Positions 8,922-16,941 of a DNA stretch of 35,099 nucleotides are shown piece after piece. The notes under the pieces were generated by a model. The model worked only from the letters and a program-made list of their open reading frames with translations, made no database searches and was not told the DNA's origin. A program made the translations under genes and the position numbers. Position 1 is the stretch's first letter. Every line of letters starts with the position of its first letter. This stretch comes from Alkalispirochaeta sp. (GTDB taxonomy: Bacteria > Spirochaetota > Spirochaetia > DSM-27196 > Alkalispirochaetaceae), in assembly GCA_965242725.1 (NCBI GenBank), contig CBDESZ010000032.1, positions 1-35,099 of the forward strand, in the 5' to 3' direction.

Positions 8922-9473
8922 ATGCTGAAAAAAATTTCTGACGCAATTGCCAATAATGACTACTACAAAGTGTGGTTGAAAGACGCATGGCCCTATATTA
9001 CCGGTGCGCTGCTCCTTTCAATCTTTCAGATCGTGACCCTTGCCGCCACCGGAAATCCCTGGGGTGTTTCGGCGGCTTTTGCAAACTGGGGCGCCTGGAT
9101 CTACGAGGCCCTCGGCGGCTCCGTGGACAAGTGGTTCTACTTCTCCTCTGAAGGAGCACAGGCCGTTCTGGAACGGGGATTCCTCAGAGATCCGGCAACG
9201 ATCCGCAACCTCGGTCTGATCCTGGGCGCCCTCTTTGCGACGCTTATTGCATCAGGTTTCAAGTTTAAAAAAATCAAGTCGGGCAAACAGGTAGCCGCTG
9301 CAATTCTCGGGGGTACGCTCATGGGATACGGCGCCCGCCTCGCCTTTGGGTGTAACATCGGCGCCTTCTATTCCGGGATTGCATCCCTCTCCCTCTCGGG
9401 TTGGGTATTCGGCATCTTCCTCTTTGTCGGCGCCATAATCGGCAGCAAATTGCTCGTCAAAGTCTTCATGTAG
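8922..9473 (+). CDS. YeeE/YedE sulfur-compound transporter, C-terminal half
   Basis: PWGVS, GLILGAL, GGTLMGYGARLAFGCNIGAFYSG; start reassigned to ATG 8922 (SD AGGAG). Confidence 0.9.
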   Translation: MLKKISDAIANNDYYKVWLKDAWPYITGALLLSIFQIVTLAATGNPWGVSAAFANWGAWIYEALGGSVDKWFYFSSEGAQAVLERGFLRDPATIRNLGLILGALFATLIASGFKFKKIKSGKQVAAAILGGTLMGYGARLAFGCNIGAFYSGIASLSLSGWVFGIFLFVGAIIGSKLLVKVFM

Positions 9474-9490
9474 CGAAAGAGAGAAATGAA

Positions 9491-10750
9491 ATGCGAGAAA
9501 AGAAGATAGAACAGTACGACGTCGTCATCATCGGTGGGGGCCCTGCGGGACTTACCGCTGCAATTTACTGCGGTCGGGCGCGGCTGAACACGATTCTCAT
9601 CGAGAAGGCCCTGGTCGGAGGATTGGCAACATATACCAACGAGATCGAGAACTATCCGGGTTTTCCCGAGGGCAGCTCCGGCCTCGGCCTGATGGAGCTC
9701 TTCCACAAACAGGCAAAGAAGTTCGGAGTCAAATTCAAACTCACCGATGTGAAGAGTGTGGACCTGGAAGAGGAAACCAAGCGGGTTGAAACCTTCCGGA
9801 ACATTTACGAGGCAAAGACAGTCATCGTCGCCTCCGGCGGACGTCCCCGCATCACCAAAGCAAAGAACGAAGAAAAATACCTCTTTGACAAGGGTATCTC
9901 CTTCTGCGCCACCTGTGACGCCGCGGCGAACACCGACAAGACCGTCATGGTCATCGGGTCCGGAGACGCCGCGATTGAAGAGGGAATGTTTCTCTCAAAA
10001 TTCGCCAGGGAAGTGCTGGTAAGCGTCATCCATGATGAACCGAAAATGGACTGTAACGAAATTGCCCGCGACCAGGCACTTGCAAACCCCAGGATGAAGA
10101 TGATCTGGAACACAATGGTCGACAGTTTTGACGGGAACGAACACCTTGAGACGGTAAACCTGAAAAATCTGAAGACCGGAGAGATTCTGCCGTTCACCGT
10201 CGACACCTGCTTTGAGTTTATCGGGTACGAACCAAACACGGAGATCTTCAAGGGCAAGCTCAACATGAGCAAGCGCAACTACGTGATCACCAACGAGAAG
10301 ATGGAAACGGGTATTCCCGGCGTCTTTGCCTGTGGCGACGTACGTGAAAAAGAGCTGAAGCAGGTTGCCACCGCTGTGGGAGACGGTGCCATCGCGGGCG
10401 TCGGCGCGGAAAAATACATTGCCGAGACGGAGATGTTCGAGAACCAGATCATGCAGAAGGAAAAGATCGGTCTCATTTACATCTACAGCGCCATTGATGC
10501 GCCGAGCCGTGAACTGCTGCCGATGATGCAGGAAATCGAATCCGAATTTGACGGCCAGGTGAAACTGAACGTCATCGACCAGTACAAGGGCAAGAGTCTC
10601 TGCGATCGCCTCGGATGCGATATTGAGCCGATGACGATCTTCTTTACCAGGGACGGAGAGGTTGTCGACACCTCAACCAGGGTGGACAAAAAGAGCGTCA
10701 TTGAGAATCTCAACAAGTACGTGACGGTACCGGTGGGAGGAAAGGAATGA
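9491..10750 (+). CDS. trxB: Thioredoxin reductase-like flavoprotein with C-terminal thioredoxin-like domain
   Basis: IIGGGPAGLTAAIY FAD motif, IENYPG, CATCD redox centre, GVFACGDV, QVATAVGDG; extra ~100 aa C-terminal domain; start ATG 9491. Confidence 0.88.
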   Translation: MREKKIEQYDVVIIGGGPAGLTAAIYCGRARLNTILIEKALVGGLATYTNEIENYPGFPEGSSGLGLMELFHKQAKKFGVKFKLTDVKSVDLEEETKRVETFRNIYEAKTVIVASGGRPRITKAKNEEKYLFDKGISFCATCDAAANTDKTVMVIGSGDAAIEEGMFLSKFAREVLVSVIHDEPKMDCNEIARDQALANPRMKMIWNTMVDSFDGNEHLETVNLKNLKTGEILPFTVDTCFEFIGYEPNTEIFKGKLNMSKRNYVITNEKMETGIPGVFACGDVREKELKQVATAVGDGAIAGVGAEKYIAETEMFENQIMQKEKIGLIYIYSAIDAPSRELLPMMQEIESEFDGQVKLNVIDQYKGKSLCDRLGCDIEPMTIFFTRDGEVVDTSTRVDKKSVIENLNKYVTVPVGGKE

Positions 10751-11655
10751 AGAAAACCCTCTCCATCATCGCCGTCGCAGCGGCGGCGATCGTTCTCCTC
10801 GGGTGCGGCCCTTCCCCTGCGGGTGAAAGCGGAACGGAAATCATTACCGCCAGAGAGGCGCTGAAGCTCCTCAGCGACACGACGGATGCGGTACTGGTCG
10901 ACGCCCGGCCGACCCTGGACTACCGGGAACAGCACGTTGAAGGTGCGGTGACGATCTCCCGGGCGGACATCGTCGTAAACACCCCCTATCCCAACCTCGT
11001 CGGTACGGGCGAACAGATTGAGCGGGTGATGAGCGGCAGGGGTATCGGAAACGACACCCTTGTCATCGCCTACGACGACAACAACAACATGGATTCCGCC
11101 CGTCTCTGGTGGACCCTCAGGTACTACGGCCACGACGGGGTCAAGGTGGTCAGCGGAGGTCTCAAGGCGCTGCAGGCGGAAGGGGTCGCGATGACGTCGG
11201 CGGAACCGACGGTGGAAGCGGCCACGTTTACCGCCGCCTCCCCCGATGAATCGATGATCATTACCGCATCTCAGGTGCGTGCCCTCGTGGAGGAACCGCG
11301 GGAAGATTTGACCATCATAGATACCCGTACGCCCGAGGAGTACCTGGAGGGAACGATCCCCGGTGCGGTACTGCTCAACTATGTGGGAAACAACTTCTCC
11401 GACGGCACCTATCGGCCTGTGCGTCAGATTCGTATCCGCTATATAGAAGCGGGAATCGATCTGGATGAAGGGGCGGTACTCTTCTGCAAGACATCGATCC
11501 GCGGGGCCCAGACGTACCTTGCGATGTATAACGGGGGATATCGCAATTTGAAACTCTATGACGGGGCGTGGGTGGAATGGTCCGCCAACCCTATGAATCC
11601 AATCTACATCGAAGAACCGGCGGTCCTCGAACTGCGGGCTTCAGATAATTCGTAA
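10747..11655 (+). CDS. Two-domain sulfurtransferase (rhodanese/SseA-like) lipoprotein
   Basis: Lipobox LLGC; SARLWWTLRYYG, IIDTRTPEEY, active loop CKTSIR, LYDGAWVEW; ATGA overlap with trxB. Confidence 0.9.
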   Translation: MKKTLSIIAVAAAAIVLLGCGPSPAGESGTEIITAREALKLLSDTTDAVLVDARPTLDYREQHVEGAVTISRADIVVNTPYPNLVGTGEQIERVMSGRGIGNDTLVIAYDDNNNMDSARLWWTLRYYGHDGVKVVSGGLKALQAEGVAMTSAEPTVEAATFTAASPDESMIITASQVRALVEEPREDLTIIDTRTPEEYLEGTIPGAVLLNYVGNNFSDGTYRPVRQIRIRYIEAGIDLDEGAVLFCKTSIRGAQTYLAMYNGGYRNLKLYDGAWVEWSANPMNPIYIEEPAVLELRASDNS

Positions 11656-11681
11656 TCACGGTATTACAAAAGGAGAGTTCC

Positions 11682-12644
11682 ATGAAAACGAGAGTAATCG
11701 TTTCGGTAGTGGTGGTCGTCATTGCGGCACTCGTCATGGGGTGCGGCGGTCAGGAATCACAGCAGGCTCAGGCTCCCGCCGGTACGGAGAGTGCGGCGGA
11801 AGCACAGCAGAAAGGTCCCTCCGTACGGGAGGCGGTGGAAGGGTATTTTGCCAATATGCCGGACCACATCTACAAAGTGGGTCAGGAAGAGTTCCTCCAG
11901 ATGGTCGCCGCCGGCGAGGAGATGACGATCATCGACATACGCCGCCCCGATGATTACGCCCAGGGTCACATCAAAGGCGCCGTCAACATGGCGTGGGGAA
12001 CACCGGCAATGTACGAAATGGTGTCCCATATCCCCACGGACAAGCCGGTCTTCATCAACTGCTACTCCGGACAGACCGCAGGTCAGGCGGTGGCGCTCCT
12101 CAATATCGCAGGCATTCCCGCACGGTCCATCAACCTCGGATGGAACTTCGGTCTTTCCCGGGTAGAGGGCATGCAGGAATATGTAGAAACCGACGTCAAC
12201 GAACTGCCCGCGTCGGTACAAACGGAGATACCCGAGAATATCATGGCCGCCTATCGCGGATTCTATGAGGCGACTGCAGAAGCCGGGGGCACGCCCTTCG
12301 CAAGCAACATCGTCAGTGAAGAGAATGCCAAGGCGATCCTTGACGCCGGTGACGAGAGCGTCCTCTTTGTCTCGGTACGTCGGCCGGAACATTTTGCGGA
12401 AGCTCACATCGAGGGAGCGATAAACATTCCCTTCGGCAAGGGCATGCAGGAAAATTTTGCGTCCCTCCCGGCGGACAAAAAGCTCATCATCTACTGCTAC
12501 ACCGGCCAGACTGCCGGTCAGGTGGTGGGAGGACTGCGCATGCTCGGTTATGACGCGGTCTCCCTCAAGGGCGGTATGGGCATGCCCGCCAATGAACCGC
12601 TGGGATGGGTCGCCCAGGGCTATCCGACCGTTGCAGGCAACTGA
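11682..12644 (+). CDS. Tandem-rhodanese lipoprotein
   Basis: Lipobox VMGC; two rhodanese repeats with CYSGQTAG and CYTGQTAG loops and HI.GA.N motifs; SD AAGGAG. Confidence 0.88.
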   Translation: MKTRVIVSVVVVVIAALVMGCGGQESQQAQAPAGTESAAEAQQKGPSVREAVEGYFANMPDHIYKVGQEEFLQMVAAGEEMTIIDIRRPDDYAQGHIKGAVNMAWGTPAMYEMVSHIPTDKPVFINCYSGQTAGQAVALLNIAGIPARSINLGWNFGLSRVEGMQEYVETDVNELPASVQTEIPENIMAAYRGFYEATAEAGGTPFASNIVSEENAKAILDAGDESVLFVSVRRPEHFAEAHIEGAINIPFGKGMQENFASLPADKKLIIYCYTGQTAGQVVGGLRMLGYDAVSLKGGMGMPANEPLGWVAQGYPTVAGN

Positions 12645-12677
12645 CGTCACGGCGAACTGCGTTACACGATTGTTTAC

Positions 12678-12703
12678 GCCCGGCTTTCAGCCGGGCTTTT
12701 TTT
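12678..12703 (+). terminator. Rho-independent terminator ending the sulfur-relay operon
   Basis: GCCCGGCT-ttc-AGCCGGGC followed by T7. Confidence 0.9.
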
Positions 12704-12753
12704 ATCCGTTGACCCGCCGCGACAGATGGGTACACTACCGTAGTGGGACGAGG

Positions 12754-14532
12754 ATGATTGGCATCAGACGGTATGGTATTCCTCTCGGTTTTCTCCTGTA
12801 CGCCCTCTTTTCCCTCTGGAGTCTGTCCTGGTATCCAGCCGTGCACAGCGATGAAGTGTGGCTCGCGTCGTTGACGCGGACGATGATGGAAGAGGGAACC
12901 GTTGCAGCGACGGAGGAGTTCTTTTCACTGACACAGCGCCATCCCCATGCGCTGAAAACGCTTTACCACCTCATTCAAATGCCCTTTCTCGCCGTGCAGT
13001 TCAGCCACCTCGCGGCACGACTGCCCGCTTTGCTGGCGGTCTGCGTCGGGATGTTCCTGTTTTATCGTATCGTCGCCGGAACGACCGGAAACACATGGGT
13101 CGCCGCCGCAACTGCCTTCGCCTTCGGAATGGACCCGCAGATCCTTTACATCAGCCATTTCGGTCGTCAGGAGAGTCTGATTCTGCTCGTTATCCTGGGC
13201 GGACTTGCGGCGATAACGTCATCGGTCAGTCGGAAATCACATGCTCCGTCGGGCGGGGCACAATCAACGCGTTCCGCCGTAACGATTACCGGAACGATCG
13301 TCGGGCTGGGAGTATTTGTACACCCCAACGCCTTTATCGCCGCGGCAGTTCTCACGCCGTGGGTACTCCGTCGGTCGTGGGTGGAACGACGGGATCTCCC
13401 GCCCGGCCGTCGCCTTGCCGTCGGCATGACGCTCTATCTCATCCCGCTCCTTACGGCGGCGGTCGCAGCTGTCGCGGCGAGCCTTGCGATGGATTTCCGT
13501 TTTCCCGTCCACTATATGGCCTTCGGCAGCAGCGTCGGTGTCTCAGACAACTACCTGCAGCGATTTTTTCGCCTCATCTCCTTCTTCCGGAATCTGATCA
13601 CCAGGAATCAGGGAACCTATTACCTTCCCCCCGTCACCACCCGGCTCCTGGCGATAGGCGCTCTACCTGTTGTGACCGGGTTCGTCGTCCTGGGACGAAA
13701 ACTCGGAAGGAAAAACTCAAACAGGACGGCAGGAAAGACCGATGGGAGCACTCCCCTCGGATTACTCTCATGTTCCCTGATCTCGACAGCCGTATGTATT
13801 ATCGCCCTTTATCTCATCGGGAAATACAGTCCGCCAAGCATCGTCTTTCTCTTCCCCTTTATCTATCTCGCCTTCGGTGGACTTGCGGGCTATCTCCTTT
13901 CACCTCAGGCGCCGTCCGCCGGGGTGACAGCCGGCGGGGTGACACATGGCGGGGTGACAGCAGCCGTCGTCGTTCTCGCGGCCACCGTCGCCATGCCGCT
14001 CCTTGCAACGGCCGCGGAGCTCGGACGTTGGCACCCCGGAACAACCGGTGATTCCTACGCCTCTTTCATCAGCGAAATCCGACGGGTAATTGAAGAAAAC
14101 GACCTTGGGGAGACGCCGGTACTGGCAAACCTGAACGCCGGATTTGCATTTGCACCGGGCCGGTTGAGGGCATTTCACGATCTCGCGGCACTTCCCCCCG
14201 GCGACGACGTGGCGATGGATCGCTATGTACGGGACGAGGAAATTGCCGCCGTCTTTCTCCCTCGTCGTGAGATGGAAATAATCTACGGGAACCGCCCCGT
14301 CTGGAACGACGTATACGGCAATCCGTCACGCTTCTACCCGCAGCTCATGGCAATCCTCGGGAAACGTGGCACCCTCGTAGAAACCATCGAGGCCCCGGTG
14401 TACGCCATGCGACTGCTCCGCTACATTCCGGTGAGCGGAAAAGGCGCCGCCGGAGAGAACCCGCCCGCCGTTGAGGTGTATGTACTCGACCGCCGCACCG
14501 CCGGCGGCGTCTCGCGCGAGGAGAACTGGTAA
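12754..14532 (+). CDS. ArnT/PMT-like (GT-C) integral membrane glycosyltransferase
   Basis: First TM followed by a SDE acidic motif (HSDEVW), ARLPAL, SHFGRQE, many TMs, soluble C-terminus; start reassigned to ATG 12754; TTGACC-16-TACACT at 12709-12736 upstream. Confidence 0.7.
   Translation: MIGIRRYGIPLGFLLYALFSLWSLSWYPAVHSDEVWLASLTRTMMEEGTVAATEEFFSLTQRHPHALKTLYHLIQMPFLAVQFSHLAARLPALLAVCVGMFLFYRIVAGTTGNTWVAAATAFAFGMDPQILYISHFGRQESLILLVILGGLAAITSSVSRKSHAPSGGAQSTRSAVTITGTIVGLGVFVHPNAFIAAAVLTPWVLRRSWVERRDLPPGRRLAVGMTLYLIPLLTAAVAAVAASLAMDFRFPVHYMAFGSSVGVSDNYLQRFFRLISFFRNLITRNQGTYYLPPVTTRLLAIGALPVVTGFVVLGRKLGRKNSNRTAGKTDGSTPLGLLSCSLISTAVCIIALYLIGKYSPPSIVFLFPFIYLAFGGLAGYLLSPQAPSAGVTAGGVTHGGVTAAVVVLAATVAMPLLATAAELGRWHPGTTGDSYASFISEIRRVIEENDLGETPVLANLNAGFAFAPGRLRAFHDLAALPPGDDVAMDRYVRDEEIAAVFLPRREMEIIYGNRPVWNDVYGNPSRFYPQLMAILGKRGTLVETIEAPVYAMRLLRYIPVSGKGAAGENPPAVEVYVLDRRTAGGVSREENW
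13918..13965 (+). repeat. 15-bp in-frame tandem repeat x3
   Basis: Core GGGGTGACA repeated at 15-bp spacing, encoding GVTAG-GVTHG-GVTAA. Confidence 0.7.
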
Positions 14533-14843
14533 TGACGGAAAGCACCCGCCGCATCATAGAAACGATCGCCGCCATTCCCCGCGGGCATGTCGCCACCTAC
14601 GGACAGGTCGCGGCGGCCGCAGGGGTGCACGGGCAGGCGCGGCAGGTTGTCCGCATTCTGCATACCCACAGCAGAACCCATACACTCCCATGGCACCGGG
14701 TTGTAAACCGCCACGGTATGATTTCCCTCCCCCCGGACAGGGGCGGAGCGTTGCAGCGCTCCCTGCTGGAAGACGAGGGGGTGGAGTTTGACGGTTCCGG
14801 CCGTATCGACATGTCCCGATATAATGTTATTGACTTTACCTGA
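14532..14843 (+). CDS. Alkyltransferase-like protein (ATL, YbaZ/Atl1 type; MGMT family)
   Basis: IPRGHVATYGQVA, ARQV, PWHRVVN (Trp in place of the catalytic Cys), LLEDEGV; TAATG coupling to the upstream gene. Confidence 0.9.
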   Translation: MTESTRRIIETIAAIPRGHVATYGQVAAAAGVHGQARQVVRILHTHSRTHTLPWHRVVNRHGMISLPPDRGGALQRSLLEDEGVEFDGSGRIDMSRYNVIDFT

Positions 14844-14865
14844 GTGTTTTACTCATTATTTACTC

Positions 14866-15642
14866 ATGAAAAGAATCGTTGTATTGGCTGGGCTGGTTTC
14901 ACTGTTCCTTGCCGGAACAGTACTGATGGCGGTGGCACAGGCAAATCCCCAGGATCGGGGTGAGCGAAATGTAACCTACCGGGGGGCCGACGGGACGGAG
15001 TTATCCGGATATCTCGCTCTGCCGGAAGGTAACGGACCATTTCCCGCCGTATTGATGATTCACGAATGGTGGGGACTCAACGTGGACACGACCCGCCTCG
15101 CCGACGCCCTCGCGGCGGAAGGTTTCGTCGTACTCGCACCCGATGCATTCAGGGGAAGTGTCGCGACGACCGCGCAGGGCGCGATGGCACAACTGCGGTC
15201 GACACCGGCGGAACAGATCGCCGGCGACCTCGATGCGGCGCTGGCGTTTCTCAAGACACATGAAGCGGTTGACGAAGATAGCGTTGCTTCGTTGGGTTTC
15301 TGTTTCGGAGGCACCCAGTCCATGTACCTCGGGACGAGGGCGGAAGGACTTGCCGCGGTGGTCACGTTCTACGGCAGCGGCCCGATACAATCGGCAAATC
15401 AACTTGGCAATCTCACGGAAAACGGACCGGTCCTCGGCGTATTCGGCGCGGAAGACGGAAGCATACCCTTGAATGAGGTAGAGGGATTTGAATCCGCGCT
15501 GAACGAGGCGGGCATTGAAAACACAATCACCGTCTATGAGGGCGTCGGACACGCCTTTGTGAAGAGTACCACCTACGACCAGGGCGGTGCGCCCCAGGCA
15601 GCGGCTCAACAGCTCATCGCCTTTCTGAAGGAAACCCTTTAA
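14866..15642 (+). CDS. Exported dienelactone hydrolase family protein (intact triad)
   Basis: Signal peptide; HEWWGLN, GFCFGG, GAED, YEGVGHAF; start reassigned to ATG 14866. Confidence 0.92.
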   Translation: MKRIVVLAGLVSLFLAGTVLMAVAQANPQDRGERNVTYRGADGTELSGYLALPEGNGPFPAVLMIHEWWGLNVDTTRLADALAAEGFVVLAPDAFRGSVATTAQGAMAQLRSTPAEQIAGDLDAALAFLKTHEAVDEDSVASLGFCFGGTQSMYLGTRAEGLAAVVTFYGSGPIQSANQLGNLTENGPVLGVFGAEDGSIPLNEVEGFESALNEAGIENTITVYEGVGHAFVKSTTYDQGGAPQAAAQQLIAFLKETL

Positions 15643-15678
15643 TCGCGATCCCGCGGACGCCATGCACCATGGTGTCGT

Positions 15679-15718
15679 ACCGCCCCGGACTCGTCTGAAG
15701 ATGGATCCGGGGCGGTTT
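15679..15718 (+). terminator. Probable terminator hairpin
   Basis: ACCGCCCCGGA...TCCGGGGCGGT stem followed by a short T run. Confidence 0.6.
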
Positions 15719-15904
15719 CACGCTCTATACTGATCACCCACACATACCGGACAGGACGCCCGACCCGGCTACTTCGATCCCGTACGGGAATGGCATCGTT
15801 CGTCTTTTTCTTCCCGTCGATAATCGTCGCAGCAGGTGCGGCGGCGGGCAGCGCTTCTACACTTTATCAGAGACAAGTACAATATCGGAAAAGGAGAACG
15901 ATCG

Positions 15905-16789
15905 ATGTTGACATCACTTACGGTAACGGTGGTTGCAGAGGACTCCGTCGGCTATGAAACGCCCTTCCTGGGACAGCACGGCGTATCGTTTCATCTTGAG
16001 GCGACCCATCGCGCCGAAAACGGAGAATTGCTGAGGCGGTCGGTCCTGGTTGACGTGGCACAGCACCCGCAGCCTCTGCTGCACAATATGAAGCTCCTTA
16101 CCATTGACCCGGAAGAGATTGATACCGTTGTACTGACCCACTGCCACTACGACCACACCCAGGGCCTCGTCGAAATCCTGCGCGCAACAGGGAAAGAGAA
16201 TATACCCGTCATCGCCCACCCGGACCTGTTCAGGCTGAATTTTGCCGATTCACCCCAGCTGCGCCATATCGGCGTCATGAACTCCGACCGGGCACCCCTG
16301 ATCACCGAGGCGGGAGGAATGCTCTTTCCCGTTCGGGAACCGATGTCCATCCTTCCCGGCCTGATCACCAGCGGCGAAATTCCCCGGCAGACCGACTACG
16401 AAAACAAAGAGACGTCTCTCAAAACGATTCGCGACGGGAAGATCGTCGTCGACGAAATGATTGACGAGCTCAGCGTCTACTGTCACGTAGCGGGCGTGGG
16501 GACCGTCGTCGTCACCGGCTGCAGCCACGCCGGTGTTGTCAACATTACACGGCACGCAAAAAAACTCACCGGAGCACCCGTCGCCGCCGTTATCGGCGGA
16601 CTGCACCTGATCGAGTCAACGGAGGAACGCATACAACGGACGACGACGGACCTCTACAACGAGGAGGTCCAACAGGTGATCGCCGGTCATTGCACCGGAT
16701 TTCCCGCCCAGGCGGCACTCTACGGGACATTCGGCGCCCGTTTTGTTCCGATGACGACGGGCCAGGTCTTCCACTTTTCCGCGGAATAG
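15905..16789 (+). CDS. MBL-fold metallo-hydrolase
   Basis: THCHYDHTQG (HxHxDH), TGCSHAG, GGLHL, HCTG; SD AAGGAG before ATG 15905. Confidence 0.88.
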   Translation: MLTSLTVTVVAEDSVGYETPFLGQHGVSFHLEATHRAENGELLRRSVLVDVAQHPQPLLHNMKLLTIDPEEIDTVVLTHCHYDHTQGLVEILRATGKENIPVIAHPDLFRLNFADSPQLRHIGVMNSDRAPLITEAGGMLFPVREPMSILPGLITSGEIPRQTDYENKETSLKTIRDGKIVVDEMIDELSVYCHVAGVGTVVVTGCSHAGVVNITRHAKKLTGAPVAAVIGGLHLIESTEERIQRTTTDLYNEEVQQVIAGHCTGFPAQAALYGTFGARFVPMTTGQVFHFSAE

Positions 16790-16821
16790 ACCCGCAAAGC
16801 CGGTCGCGGCGCCGGGCCTGA

Positions 16822-16852
16822 CGCGGCACAGGAACTATCGCGGCACAGGAAC
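16822..16852. repeat. 14-bp perfect direct repeat x2
   Basis: CGCGGCACAGGAAC at 16822-16835 and 16839-16852. Confidence 0.8.
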
Positions 16853-16941
16853 CTCTAAAAAACGTCCGGCCGACGTCTTCCTCTCCCGTAATAGTCGATC
16901 CACCGGAATCTGACTACATTGAAGGGACAAAGGAGTTTTCA

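Noticed and set aside
8818..8928. Amber read-through of tusA guided by the downstream hairpin
   Set aside because: TusA is complete at 75 aa, the extension looks non-protein-like, and no pyl genes are in view.
7858..12644. Selenocysteine recoding in the YeeE/TusA/TrxR/rhodanese genes
   Set aside because: All catalytic positions are ordinary Cys codons and the ORFs are full length with no in-frame TGA.
12457..12753. Extended N-terminus of the glycosyltransferase as given by the ORF track
   Set aside because: It overlaps the rhodanese gene and its terminator; a promoter and better start lie at 12709-12754.
14532..14843. Inactivated O6-methylguanine methyltransferase pseudogene
   Set aside because: PWHRV is the normal signature of the ATL subfamily.
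15720..15904. Small RNA between the hydrolase terminator and the MBL gene
   Set aside because: A TATACT hexamer and a short TCCCGTACGGGA palindrome are present, but there is no convincing -35, terminator or known fold.
16822..16852. Sigma54 promoter (GGCAC) or mini-CRISPR
   Set aside because: No TTGC at -12; only two copies separated by 3 nt.
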